From IMG/VR virus record IMGVR_UViG_3300050503_000029: a stretch of DNA of 64,000 bases; one strand, given 5' to 3'. Numbering within the stretch: the stretch's first letter is position 1; every line of letters begins with the position of its first letter. Origin of the DNA: a virus. The notes below the pieces were generated by a model. That model made no database searches and was not told the origin of the DNA. It was given only the letters and a program-made list of their open reading frames with translations. This document shows, piece after piece, positions 33,301 to 41,410 of this stretch. Made by a program: the position numbers and the translations under genes.

Positions 33301-34596
33301 ACGCAGGACAGGCAGAACAGACCCGGCCATGGTACGGAGCCGATCGGCTAGACCGGCGAACAGGGCGTCCTGGACATCCAACTTGAGGTTGTCCCACGCG
33401 GGCTTCAAGCGGATGATCTCGTTGACGAACGCACGCGCGTTAGGAGACAGCTTCGCCATCGCGTCGCCGAGAGCGTTACTGCCGGCGGCGGCCTTCTCCG
33501 TAGCAGTGTTCAGGGACTCCATGGCGGCGGCCACTTGCTTCTGGCCGTCGGCTGCTGTCTGTGCTTGCTGCTGGCGAGCCTCCGCCAGTGCCTTCTCCTG
33601 GTCGGCCACGTTCTTGTTGGCCTGGGCGTTCTTGTCCTTCCACTGCGTCATGGCCTGGGTACCGTCGATACCCTCCTTATTGGCCTTGGCAGTGTCTTCC
33701 CTCAGACGCTTGGTCTCCGTCTGCTGGTCCTTGAGCGCAAGCTGGGCCTCCTGGAGTCGGAGGAGTGCCTCCTCCTGCTCCTTCTTCGTGGCCGTCGAGT
33801 TGATCGCGGTCTTGTCGCGGTAGTCCTGCTCGGCGTCGGCGAGGTCCTGCTGGGCCTGCTTGAGGTCGAGTTCGCCGTGGGCCAACGCGGAGTTGAGGTC
33901 TTCCAGCTCACGCTTGGCGTCCTCGCGTGCCTGGCTCAACTCCTTCTGTACGGCGATGGCTTCCTTCTGCGCATCGACCAGGTTTTGCTCGGCCTCCTTG
34001 ACCCGCTTGGCCGCATCCGCGTTGGCACGAGCCGCCGACTCCGTGGCGTCCTGTACACCCTGCATGGCCTTGGCGTGGTTGTTCGCCGCGGAGGTTGCCG
34101 AGCTGGCCGCGGAAGCGGTCGGAGCAAAGGCCGCCTTGACCGCATCACCGATACCGGATGTACCGATCTTGATGGCGGCCATGCCCTGGGCGAAGGCAAA
34201 GACGGCGGTGACAGCTCCGGCCGCTGCCGGGGCGATGTTCTGGAGTGCGGTGATGATGCCGGCGATGGCCGGGATGGCCCCGCCCGCCATGAGCCCGAAC
34301 TTACCGAACTGCATGGCGGCGGTGCCGATGGCCCGACCGACCGTGGCGAACACGCCGGTGAGGCCGCGTACGTTCCGGCTGAAGGAGTTGGTCCTGTTGC
34401 CGGCGTCGTTCATCGCACCGCCGAGGGCGCGCGACTGAGAGACGAACCGCCCGCGAACGTCTCGGAGTCGCCCGTCCATACCCCGAACGAAGGCGTCACC
34501 AGTACGCTGGCCGACCTGGTTTGCGGCTCGAACCACGCCCGACTCGTCGATGTCCGGCTGGACGGTGACTACACCGGTGGCGATGGTAACTGCCAT
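30364..34596 (-). CDS. tail tape measure protein with embedded NlpC/P60 domain
   Basis: 1410 aa, directly downstream of the G/G-T chaperone genes. Ala/Gln-rich coiled-coil and hydrophobic Gly/Ala-rich central part. GKPYQWGGAFNPSFDCSGFMSS near the C-terminus. Confidence 0.9.
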   Translation of the reverse strand: MAVTIATGVVTVQPDIDESGVVRAANQVGQRTGDAFVRGMDGRLRDVRGRFVSQSRALGGAMNDAGNRTNSFSRNVRGLTGVFATVGRAIGTAAMQFGKFGLMAGGAIPAIAGIITALQNIAPAAAGAVTAVFAFAQGMAAIKIGTSGIGDAVKAAFAPTASAASSATSAANNHAKAMQGVQDATESAARANADAAKRVKEAEQNLVDAQKEAIAVQKELSQAREDAKRELEDLNSALAHGELDLKQAQQDLADAEQDYRDKTAINSTATKKEQEEALLRLQEAQLALKDQQTETKRLREDTAKANKEGIDGTQAMTQWKDKNAQANKNVADQEKALAEARQQQAQTAADGQKQVAAAMESLNTATEKAAAGSNALGDAMAKLSPNARAFVNEIIRLKPAWDNLKLDVQDALFAGLADRLRTMAGSVLPVLRTNLTNTAGILNQMAKGAMDAATQVGADGTLGKAMAGANAGMANLIPLPGKILTAITQLGAAGSPVFESLTAGIADKVTAITDKLGTAFKSGALTDSITMAMGLIKDLGAVFMNVFQIIGNIFGQFQEEGGGMINVLKTITDALVGFTATKGFQDAMSALASVFNTFATTAAPLLGTVLEAIEPIITALAPPLNILIKALGDALTPIIKALGPVLAVAAQAIGNLVVAFAPILPVIGDLIASLLPPLMPLFQALADAFVQFGPLVQQVGKMLQSLLVPILDQLGPILQPLIEHFTTMTEILFPILSQLLLALAPSIASLGQTFGQLLVALSPLITVLAQLLGGVLTAMAPLLIPIIELVGKLATILADQLANVITNVIIPVIQTLAAVFSGDFAGAWEGLKSVFVGVWDYLTGTFSAIGDVIGAIIDTIVDIFKYLYDVLIGHSIIPDLVNGIIGWFTGMGKTAAKLFQNMWDWVVGKVSGMKTDVVDKVTSMKNSVVNVVTSIRDRINGIMGTARDWVVTKARDLRDKVVGAFNTFRDKSVAAFNAAKEGIKTAWDKIKGIAKAPVQFVIDTVYNNGIRKVWNAVVGAFGGKKLGEVKGFAGGGILPGHSTYRQGDDQLVPMRKGEGVYVSEAMKDPYERARLYAVNKAAMSGQPLDKFQGSGSTRGPAGFALGGIFDGIGDVASGAWDKVKSGYSWLKDTFGGAIRAGVKTVVNPLINKIPGKSGFSGMLKDTAHSLVDRLIGAGDKGNKEGGFAPSKGVAGALKWAKSQAGKPYQWGGAFNPSFDCSGFMSSISKVIEGLNPKGRLWSTHSFSGSTAPKGWGYHLNSPFKIGITNAGVGHTAGTLAGTNVESRGGDGVVVGSRARGYNNSMFGSWYGFKPARAGAATGGIIDAPWVSRDMGGILPDGVGALNTSGTAEVVSTLDQLKALVAAGKGQTYIFNEGSIVLDASKIKSIQDVVDMIDALKVTSRQHGARV

Positions 34597-34610
34597 GAGG
34601 CCCTACCCTC

Positions 34611-35362
34611 CTAGTCGAAATAGGGAGTTAGTTCGGGGTTGTGGCTGATGTCCGAATAGTAGGTCTTACCGTCGACCTTCGTACCTGACACCAGGTGAGG
34701 GTTAGCTTCCTTCGGCCTTACGGCTGCCGGCGCTGGATCGCTTGTACGAGCGTTAGGCGCGTTGGTGAGACTCGCCGAGGGATTCTCACGCTCGTACTCC
34801 ATTCGGCCCCTCAGCGCGCCCTGATAGTGCATGAGGCGCAACGCTAGCGAGAAGAAGCGATACGCAGAGAGCGAGTCAACGTCATCGGGTTCGATCCGAT
34901 GGATTGCCGACAGGTCGCTCTCCACGTCCTCCATGTAGTATGGGATCCACCCGACCTCGATGAGGCGGTCGGAGGGGACTCGCCAGAAACCTACCTCGCC
35001 TTGATCTTGTGCCGTGCTGAGCCACGGGACTTTCCCCCCGGCACCGCGCCGAGGACCTTCTTCTCGATGTGGCCGATGATGGCGTCCATCTGCTCACGCT
35101 CCAGGTCGGGGTGGTCGCGGAGGGCCTCGAAGCCCTCCTCACCCAGCATCTCGACCATCATCCAGTACACGGCCGCGTCGGCACCCAGGGTGGACTGCTT
35201 CTCCAGGTAGCCGAGCGCCAGACCCGCGGACGGCTTGGCGGGGATCTGGTAGAGATCGCCGTCCAGCTCGAACACGGGCTCCATCTCGACCTCGACGGCG
35301 GCGCCGTCATCGGTCTTGGTGGACTTGAGGACGATGGGAGTGAACGAGTCGTTTACCGACAT
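34611..35362 (-). CDS. tail assembly chaperone G-T fusion (programmed -1 frameshift)
   Basis: The -1 frame is open from the slippery site GGGAAAG (35036..35030) to the stop at 34611. It runs through ...VPWLSTAQDQGEVGFWRVPSDRLIEVGWIPYYMEDVESD..., joining track ORF 34611..34934. Confidence 0.65.
34991..35362 (-). CDS. tail assembly chaperone (G)
   Basis: 123-aa acidic ORF between the major tail and tape measure genes. It ends 39 nt after the slippery heptamer. Confidence 0.8.
   Translation of the reverse strand: MSVNDSFTPIVLKSTKTDDGAAVEVEMEPVFELDGDLYQIPAKPSAGLALGYLEKQSTLGADAAVYWMMVEMLGEEGFEALRDHPDLEREQMDAIIGHIEKKVLGAVPGGKSRGSARHKIKAR
35030..35036 (-). other. slippery heptamer G GGA AAG
   Basis: Reverse strand CCG GGG GGA AAG TCC in the G frame. 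Same heptamer as the lambda G/GT site. Confidence 0.65.
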
Positions 35363-35422
35363 GGAGCTTCTCCTAGCAGAGTGGACGCCGTTTACGGGCG
35401 ACCGAGGTGTGTGGGTCTTGGG

Positions 35423-35467
35423 CTACCCGGGGCCGGGAGGTGACGACAGCCAGCCGGCCCCGGGTAG
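35423..35467 (-). terminator. strong hairpin after the major tail gene (attenuator/terminator)
   Basis: Perfect 14-bp arms CTACCCGGGGCCGG / CCGGCCCCGGGTAG at 35423..35436 and 35454..35467, in the gap between the major tail and chaperone genes. Confidence 0.6.
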
Positions 35468-35506
35468 GTCTTGCTCCACACCAGCGTGAGCTGGCGGGAT
35501 GTCCGA

Positions 35507-36076
35507 TCAGGTCTGGTCGATGTACCGGAACGGGCGGATCGTCTTGCTCACGTAGTGGCACGAGAACTCGACGGGGAACAGCGTCTGGCTGTCCTTCATG
35601 TACTCCTGGCCGACCGTGGCCACGTTGAGGACACGCCGGGCGATGACGCGCCGACGCTTGGAGTTCGGGCCGAAGCCGTCGAACACCAGCGCGGAGTACG
35701 TCGGGGTGTTGCCCGAGTTGTCCGAGGACGGCTCGTAGGTGCGGTACCCGGAGCCCGTGGTGATCGTGCCGCCGTTGGAGGCCAGCTGGTAGTTCTCCAG
35801 CGTGACCTCGGCCAGGTTGGTGTTGATCTTGAACTCGCGCTTGGTGAGCCGGCGGCCGGGGATGTCGACCACCTGGTCGACCTCCAGCTCCGTGTACTCC
35901 TGGTTCAGCTCCAGGGTGATGCCGCCCTGGGTGCCGCCCATGTCGGTCCACGAGCCGGACACGGTCGTGCCGGTCATGTCGTTGACGACCTCGGAGTCCG
36001 CGGGCTCCGTGGTGCCGAACGCACCCTTGAACATCTCACCCGGCCCGAGGGTCAGGTTGGTGACGGTGACAGCCAT
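35507..36076 (-). CDS. major tail (tube) protein
   Basis: 189 aa. Immediately upstream of the chaperone pair and downstream of the connector genes. Followed by a strong hairpin. Confidence 0.75.
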   Translation of the reverse strand: MAVTVTNLTLGPGEMFKGAFGTTEPADSEVVNDMTGTTVSGSWTDMGGTQGGITLELNQEYTELEVDQVVDIPGRRLTKREFKINTNLAEVTLENYQLASNGGTITTGSGYRTYEPSSDNSGNTPTYSALVFDGFGPNSKRRRVIARRVLNVATVGQEYMKDSQTLFPVEFSCHYVSKTIRPFRYIDQT

Positions 36077-36078
36077 TG

Positions 36079-36258
36079 TTATGCCTCCTCAGGCTTGGCC
36101 TTGGTGGAGGTGACCTTCACCGTAGCGGTGTTGGTCACGGGCTCCACGGGTCCGTATACGACCTCCTGGATCAGGCCCAGCCGGTCGAGGTCGGTGAACT
36201 CCTGCTCGGTCACCTTGATGATGGTGCCGGGCTGGAGGGTGGTCCTCACGTCTGGCAT
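36079..36258 (-). CDS. hypothetical small protein
   Basis: ATG 36258 (MPDVRTTLQPGTIIKVTEQEFTDLDRLGL...) inside track ORF 36079..36453. 59 aa. Confidence 0.4.
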   Translation of the reverse strand: MPDVRTTLQPGTIIKVTEQEFTDLDRLGLIQEVVYGPVEPVTNTATVKVTSTKAKPEEA

Positions 36259-36509
36259 CGGAACGCGCTCCTGTCGATGGGGAACTCCACGGCTTCCATT
36301 CCGCGAAGGTACTGGACGGGGATGCCCTCCAGCGGGCTCACGTCGACCGGCTTCACCGGGGTTCCCGGGAACAGGAACTCCAGCTCTTCCCGGCTGGTGT
36401 GGAAGATCACCCTGCCGCCCTGGGTCAGGAACTGCCCCGACTTCTCGCCCCACAGGCCGTACAGTTGGCCGGTCGGAAGCTGGATCGCCTCGGCGTCTAT
36501 CGTGGTCAT
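36246..36509 (-). CDS. hypothetical protein
   Basis: 87-aa track ORF, coupled to the upstream gene by a 4-nt overlap. Confidence 0.5.
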   Translation of the reverse strand: MTTIDAEAIQLPTGQLYGLWGEKSGQFLTQGGRVIFHTSREELEFLFPGTPVKPVDVSPLEGIPVQYLRGMEAVEFPIDRSAFRCQT

Positions 36510-36952
36510 AGTTCCCTCACCCAGAACAGTTGGAGGTCGAATGTGTAACAGGCGAACCTGGCCTCGTCCCCTTGGACTCGTCGCGGTTCCGTCGCGGCAA
36601 CTGACCCGAGGACGCGGACGTTCTCGTGTGTTGCCGGCAAGGCTAGATGACCCCAGTACCGCTTCTCATAGGTCGCGGCCTTGATGATCTCAGCCAAGTT
36701 GTTGGCCTTACCCCACGGCGGCTTCTCCGAATTGGGCTTAGCGGCCCAACAGTCAATCTGGAGAACCGGCTGGTTCTGTGGGGTATAGAGGTCGGGACTT
36801 CCGCCGGCGAGCCCAACCTGGATGAAGCCGGAGGCTTCCCAGGTCGAGTTGTCGGACGGGAGCTGGGTGTTCACCGAGTTAGCGGGGATGCCCTCAAGGG
36901 AACGGATCCAGTGGATCCCAACCAGTTCGTTGGTGGGAAGTTTCAGGGCCAT
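36506..36952 (-). CDS. tail terminator-like protein
   Basis: ATG 36952 (MALKLPTNELVGIHW...). 148 aa. Assigned by position between the gp10-like and major tail genes. Confidence 0.55.
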   Translation of the reverse strand: MALKLPTNELVGIHWIRSLEGIPANSVNTQLPSDNSTWEASGFIQVGLAGGSPDLYTPQNQPVLQIDCWAAKPNSEKPPWGKANNLAEIIKAATYEKRYWGHLALPATHENVRVLGSVAATEPRRVQGDEARFACYTFDLQLFWVREL

Positions 36953-36956
36953 GGTG

Positions 36957-37352
36957 TCACACCCTATCCACATCGACACCGACGCCGCGGCGGAGACGAC
37001 GCTGGCGCGTGGCCGCAGGACGGATGAACGGCTGGGCCTTGGTGCCCGGGTGGTAGACGCTCTTGACCGGGTGGTCGGCGTCAGGCCACCAGAGGGCACG
37101 CTTCACACGAGGCCGGATGATGTGCGGTCGCGTACCGTACTCCACGAAGTGCCAGTGTTCGGCCTCGATGGTGATTGTGGTACCGCGTCGCTTGATAGAC
37201 CGCACCAGCTCGCCAGTGTCAACGGGCGCATTCCGACGGATGTCTGCCTCGATGTCAGCGGCGACGTTCTCCATCGTGGGGCGGATCGCCTCGTGAAGTC
37301 GGGCGAAGAATCCACCGTCCATACGCACTCGGACGCGTGCTGTGCTTGCCAT
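36957..37352 (-). CDS. HK97 gp10-family head-tail connector (tail completion) protein
   Basis: ATG 37352 (MASTARVRVRMDGGFF...). Signature NAPVDTGELVRSI ... HWHFVEYGT. Confidence 0.75.
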   Translation of the reverse strand: MASTARVRVRMDGGFFARLHEAIRPTMENVAADIEADIRRNAPVDTGELVRSIKRRGTTITIEAEHWHFVEYGTRPHIIRPRVKRALWWPDADHPVKSVYHPGTKAQPFIRPAATRQRRLRRGVGVDVDRV

Positions 37353-37392
37353 GTTCTCCGCCTCCTTTACGTTGGCAGTAGAGTGGTGCTGG

Positions 37393-37755
37393 TTAGAGCT
37401 TGGTCTGTTGGATCCGCTTGAGGATGAAGCTCTGGGCCGCAGCACCGATCGGATCCTGTGGGTGGACCACAGACTCGATCATGTAAATGAAGCCGGTACG
37501 CTCGTCCTTGAGGCGGTCCGTGTTCTTTACGTCCACGTTCGCCCGGCAACGGCCGAGGATTGTTTCGACCGTCGTGGTTCGATTCTCGGACGGCAGGAAT
37601 TGCCGTTTGGACTGAAGGATGATGCTGAACGGGTGACCTGACGACGCTACCGTTTCGTTGTCCTCAGGATCCCCGAACTCGTCCGTGAGGTCACTGGGCG
37701 ACGTACGCAGTACGCTTACGTACGTCGTCGGCCTGAAGTTCGCGGAGGTACTCAT
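37393..37755 (-). CDS. head closure / head-tail joining protein
   Basis: ATG 37755 overlaps the upstream TAA (TAATG) after GGAGG. 120 aa. Assigned mainly by position. Confidence 0.55.
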   Translation of the reverse strand: MSTSANFRPTTYVSVLRTSPSDLTDEFGDPEDNETVASSGHPFSIILQSKRQFLPSENRTTTVETILGRCRANVDVKNTDRLKDERTGFIYMIESVVHPQDPIGAAAQSFILKRIQQTKL

Positions 37756-38528
37756 TAGATCGGCCTCCAAGGGTTACTGGAGAAGTCGTTCTCCAGATCC
37801 TCAGCGCCGGTGATTCCCACCGTCTCCGCCACAGCCTTGCCCCGAAGGACGAGGGCCTGCTGGGGAGTGAGCGGGTCGATGGTACGAGTCCGCATCCACG
37901 ACAACTTGCCGAGGGCCTTCTTCGCCAACGGGCCAAGGATGTGCATGTCCTCGGAACCCTTGCTGTACTGGAGACCGTCCTGGCTGACCAGCGTGGCATC
38001 CGACCTGCCGGTGAGGTCGATCTGAGCCGCCATCCATGCAGCCTGGTAGGACTCCGCCTTCTTGAGGAGGCGATGATCCCGATTGACCAGGCTCGGCCTT
38101 GCGTCGATGATCACTCCCGCGAACATCTCGATCACGTGGTAGGCCGCGTCCAGTTGAGACTGGGTGATGGTCTGACCCGTGATCGCCGACGCTTCGGCTG
38201 GTGTGGCCCAGGTCCCGGCAAGAGCCGCAGTAACCGTGACCTCGACAACCTCCGACGCGGAGACCGCCTGGGACTGAGCGTCGGTTCCGCTCCACACCAC
38301 CAGGTAGTTGCCGAGCTGTGCGTCGGTTGCCGGCGTCCAGTTGTAGGTGTAGATACCGACCGCAGGGTGGTTGATCCCAGCCGTGGTGGCAGGCACCGTG
38401 TTGTCGTTGTCAGACAGCCGGATGATGTGGACGGTGGGACCGGAGACGAGGTCAACCGACGGGCCGCCGCCGTACTCGTACCACTGTGACAGGAGGGTGA
38501 TCGTGGAACCCTGGGGTACGCTGGTCAT
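37755..38528 (-). CDS. head-tail adaptor with N-terminal Ig-like domain
   Basis: 257 aa. N-terminal beta-rich domain (ITLLSQWYEYGGGPSVDLVSGPTVHIIRL ... YLVVWSGTD). C-terminal helical part (QSQLDAAYHVIEMFAG). Confidence 0.55.
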   Translation of the reverse strand: MTSVPQGSTITLLSQWYEYGGGPSVDLVSGPTVHIIRLSDNDNTVPATTAGINHPAVGIYTYNWTPATDAQLGNYLVVWSGTDAQSQAVSASEVVEVTVTAALAGTWATPAEASAITGQTITQSQLDAAYHVIEMFAGVIIDARPSLVNRDHRLLKKAESYQAAWMAAQIDLTGRSDATLVSQDGLQYSKGSEDMHILGPLAKKALGKLSWMRTRTIDPLTPQQALVLRGKAVAETVGITGAEDLENDFSSNPWRPI

Positions 38529-39703
38529 GGCGTCGGAAACCTCCCAGGGTGAACGAACGTGGCTTGGGCCGGGTCGTTCAAGGCAGTGGCTGTACGGACC
38601 ACACAGATGTACGCGATGAGGACCGCGTCACTAGCGAGTGGGTGGGGAGTGAACGCGCCGGTTCCGATTGCTGCCACCGCGGCTGACAGAGAGGAGTACA
38701 CCTGCTGGCCGTACTGAACCATGTAATCCGCGTTGGTGTCAGACGTCGGGATGAGCCAGACACGCTGGATCGTTGTTGAACCGGCGCCGCCTCCTACCGC
38801 GGTGAGGACGCCGTTCAGGTCGTAGTTAGCAGGGTCCAGCACATTGACCACCGGAGGTGTGGATACTCCCGGCTCACGGAGAACCCGACGGAACGACAGA
38901 GCCACCTCGGCCGCGTCGTTCTGGACGTGCGGGTCACGAGTCAGTGTCGGACCGTTGTAGTGGTTGAACGCCCGGGCGAACACGGCACCGGTGGCATGGT
39001 CAATCGACAGGTTGGCCCCATTGGGGCTGACCCGGAGACCGGACACGCGGAACGGGCCGAGGCTGTTGAGGAGATCCCCGAACTGGTTGAGCGGGGTCAT
39101 GGCGATGTCCGGCAGGGTCTGGCACTGAACCAGCGCGCCGGCCACCGTGTCGTACGCGGTGACGCCCAACTGGAGAGACGTCCGCCGCTCCGAGTTCGTG
39201 GGCTTGGTGGCCTGCTGGATGATCGAGCCGTCGGCCGCCATCCGCCACCAGGTGATGCTACGGGTCAGACTCGCACCGGTGAGGGCGGGAGTCAGGTTGC
39301 TTGACTGCACCCTGGTTACGGTCGGGTTGTTGAAGTCGGTCACCGTGTCCACGATGTAACCGGTCAACCCCGAGATAGCCACGGTGGTGTTGTCCCAGAT
39401 GTTCATCTCTCCGCCGCGGATCACGCCCGTGGAGAGAGTCGAGGCGAAGGCCTCTTGGACATCTACGTCCACGCCGCCGGCAGACAGGTTCAGGGGCCCC
39501 GTCATCGTGTCGCCGGCGGCGTTGACGTACCGCGTCTCAGACGCGGCGGTGATCGCCTGTGCGGAGTTGTCCACGTATCCACGTGAAGCCGCCGCCAGTG
39601 CAGTGTCGGGGGAGGAGTCAGGCAGAACCAGCTCGCCGGTCATGGTGTCGCCAGAGGTGTCCACCTTCTGGGGATCGCCTGATGTGTAGCCGGTCGCTGC
39701 CAT
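38525..39703 (-). CDS. fibre-like protein in the head module (possible head fibre/decoration)
   Basis: 392 aa. Two copies of the tail-fibre-type motif GDTMTG(E/P)L (TSGDTMTGELVLP, AAGDTMTGPLNLS). Located between the capsid and connector genes. Confidence 0.6.
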   Translation of the reverse strand: MAATGYTSGDPQKVDTSGDTMTGELVLPDSSPDTALAAASRGYVDNSAQAITAASETRYVNAAGDTMTGPLNLSAGGVDVDVQEAFASTLSTGVIRGGEMNIWDNTTVAISGLTGYIVDTVTDFNNPTVTRVQSSNLTPALTGASLTRSITWWRMAADGSIIQQATKPTNSERRTSLQLGVTAYDTVAGALVQCQTLPDIAMTPLNQFGDLLNSLGPFRVSGLRVSPNGANLSIDHATGAVFARAFNHYNGPTLTRDPHVQNDAAEVALSFRRVLREPGVSTPPVVNVLDPANYDLNGVLTAVGGGAGSTTIQRVWLIPTSDTNADYMVQYGQQVYSSLSAAVAAIGTGAFTPHPLASDAVLIAYICVVRTATALNDPAQATFVHPGRFPTP

Positions 39704-39727
39704 GACTCCTCCTCTCGACTCGTGGTG

Positions 39728-40222
39728 TTACTTGACCGGGACGGCGTAGTGGACGTGGATCACGTCACCCGCCGGCACCGTGTCGGTGTGCTCGGCCTCA
39801 CCGCCGGCGAGGGTGTGTCCCGCCTGCTGTGCGACCATCGCCGCCATCTTCGCGTTCTCGTGGTGCCACGCGGAGTCCGCGAGGTACGGGCACGAGTGCG
39901 AGACGGTGACGGTGTGAACGAACGTGGCGACGGATGACGAGGCAACGCCCTGTGTGCCCGTCTCGGGCTCCGTCGGCGTCGCCGGGTCAGTCTGGTCGGC
40001 CGGCCCCTGTTCGTCGTCCTGCGGGCTCTCCAGCTCCGCGAACGGGTCTCCCTTGTCGAGACCTTCGGGGTCGGTGTCGGTAGACGGCACTTCGGTCTCG
40101 GATCCGTCGCATCGCTCTCCGGCGACCTTGTGGACCTTGATCTTGGTGCCGTTCTCCTTCGTGCCAACCGGGTGGCCGCACTCGGGACAGTCGACCTTGA
40201 CTTCCTCGTCCATGTTGTTCAC
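39728..40222 (-). CDS. hypothetical protein with N-terminal zinc ribbon
   Basis: 164 aa. CPECGHP ... ERCDG, an acidic Pro/Thr linker, then a C-terminal domain. Immediately downstream of the capsid gene. Confidence 0.6.
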   Translation of the reverse strand: MNNMDEEVKVDCPECGHPVGTKENGTKIKVHKVAGERCDGSETEVPSTDTDPEGLDKGDPFAELESPQDDEQGPADQTDPATPTEPETGTQGVASSSVATFVHTVTVSHSCPYLADSAWHHENAKMAAMVAQQAGHTLAGGEAEHTDTVPAGDVIHVHYAVPVK

Positions 40223-40256
40223 CTCCTTAGGGTGTCAGGCTGGTGTGGTACCTGGC

Positions 40257-41183
40257 TTACGCCAGGACCTCCAGCACGGCCGCGGCCTTCTCGTGGGTGA
40301 GGGCGAAGGCGCGGCGAGCGCGCATCTTCAGCAGGGCCTCGTCCGTGAGGAACGCGGCACCCGTGTCGGGACCGGCGACGCGAGACTCCGGGCCGGAGCG
40401 CTTGCCGATGGCGAGGAACTCCCGGTTGACCACGATCATGAGCGGGTTGCCGGTCGGGTTGTGGACGGCCGTCGCCGACGTCCGCGCACCGAGGCTCCAC
40501 CGGATGCGGTGACCGAACAGGGTGTCGGGGGTGCCCGAGTCGCCGCCCTGACCGCGGACGAAGATCGGCTCGTTCTGGTCGTCCTTGATGTTCCGCAGCT
40601 TCTCGCGGAGGGAGGGGTGGGCGATGACCAGGGTCAGTCCCTCCTCCCAGTAGTCGCCGACCTCGACCTTGCCCAGGAGGCTGGAGAGGTTGTTGTACGT
40701 GACGACGCCGCCGGTCGCGGTGGCCACGTAGTTGGTGTCCGCGGTGTAGCCCGTGTTGGCGTTCGTGGTGCGGATCGCCTTGTACACCGAGGTGTACGGG
40801 ACGGTGACACCCGACTCCGCGGCGGTGACGGCCAGGCACGCGTTGTCCAGGTACTTGGCCCACGAGGTGGCCCAGTCCACGCGCTTCTGCTCGATGATGG
40901 CGACGTTGGAGTCCTGGAGGTCCTCGTCCGCGATGCGGATGGCGCGACCGGCCTTCTTGGCCGTCAGGAGGACCTCGTCGTTCGTGGAGGTGTCCTCGTC
41001 GTACGCGGAGCCCTTCGCCACGCCGTTGACGTCCACGCCGGCGGACCGGGGGATGTGACGGGTGTCGGTGGCCATCGGGTACTCACGTGCCTCGGACTCG
41101 ATGACCGAGACCTGCTGGACGCGCTGGACGACCTGGGAGTCCCACTCTTCCGGGATCCAGGCCTCGAAGGTGTTACGTGCCAT
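40257..41183 (-). CDS. major capsid protein (HK97 fold)
   Basis: 308 aa. Position after the scaffold gene. Typical HK97-type N-terminus and C-terminal LLKMRARRAF segment. Confidence 0.85.
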   Translation of the reverse strand: MARNTFEAWIPEEWDSQVVQRVQQVSVIESEAREYPMATDTRHIPRSAGVDVNGVAKGSAYDEDTSTNDEVLLTAKKAGRAIRIADEDLQDSNVAIIEQKRVDWATSWAKYLDNACLAVTAAESGVTVPYTSVYKAIRTTNANTGYTADTNYVATATGGVVTYNNLSSLLGKVEVGDYWEEGLTLVIAHPSLREKLRNIKDDQNEPIFVRGQGGDSGTPDTLFGHRIRWSLGARTSATAVHNPTGNPLMIVVNREFLAIGKRSGPESRVAGPDTGAAFLTDEALLKMRARRAFALTHEKAAAVLEVLA

Positions 41184-41410
41184 TGGGGTCTACCCTCCTT
41201 CAAGGGTTAGAGGAGATCACGTAGCGAAGGAGGAGACCACCACAAAGCCCTCATGGAGAGTGTTCGGGTCTCGTCTTCCGACGCTTCGCCGCCCACTATC
41301 CAGAGGGCTTATGGGTCTTGCAATGGATCAAGGTTAACGGTACAGGCTCTGGGTTGTCAAGGGCCTATGGGTTTACTTGTCAAGTGCAGGACTGAACCGT
41401 TACACGATCG

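Noticed and set aside
30379-33351. 990-aa forward ORF (and 32561..33823, 33535..34614) antisense to the tape measure gene
   Set aside because: Composition is dominated by D/G/R/V/H repeats mirroring the Ala/Leu/Ile/Thr-rich tape measure. There is no start context. The reverse-strand ORF fits the operon and carries a P60 domain.
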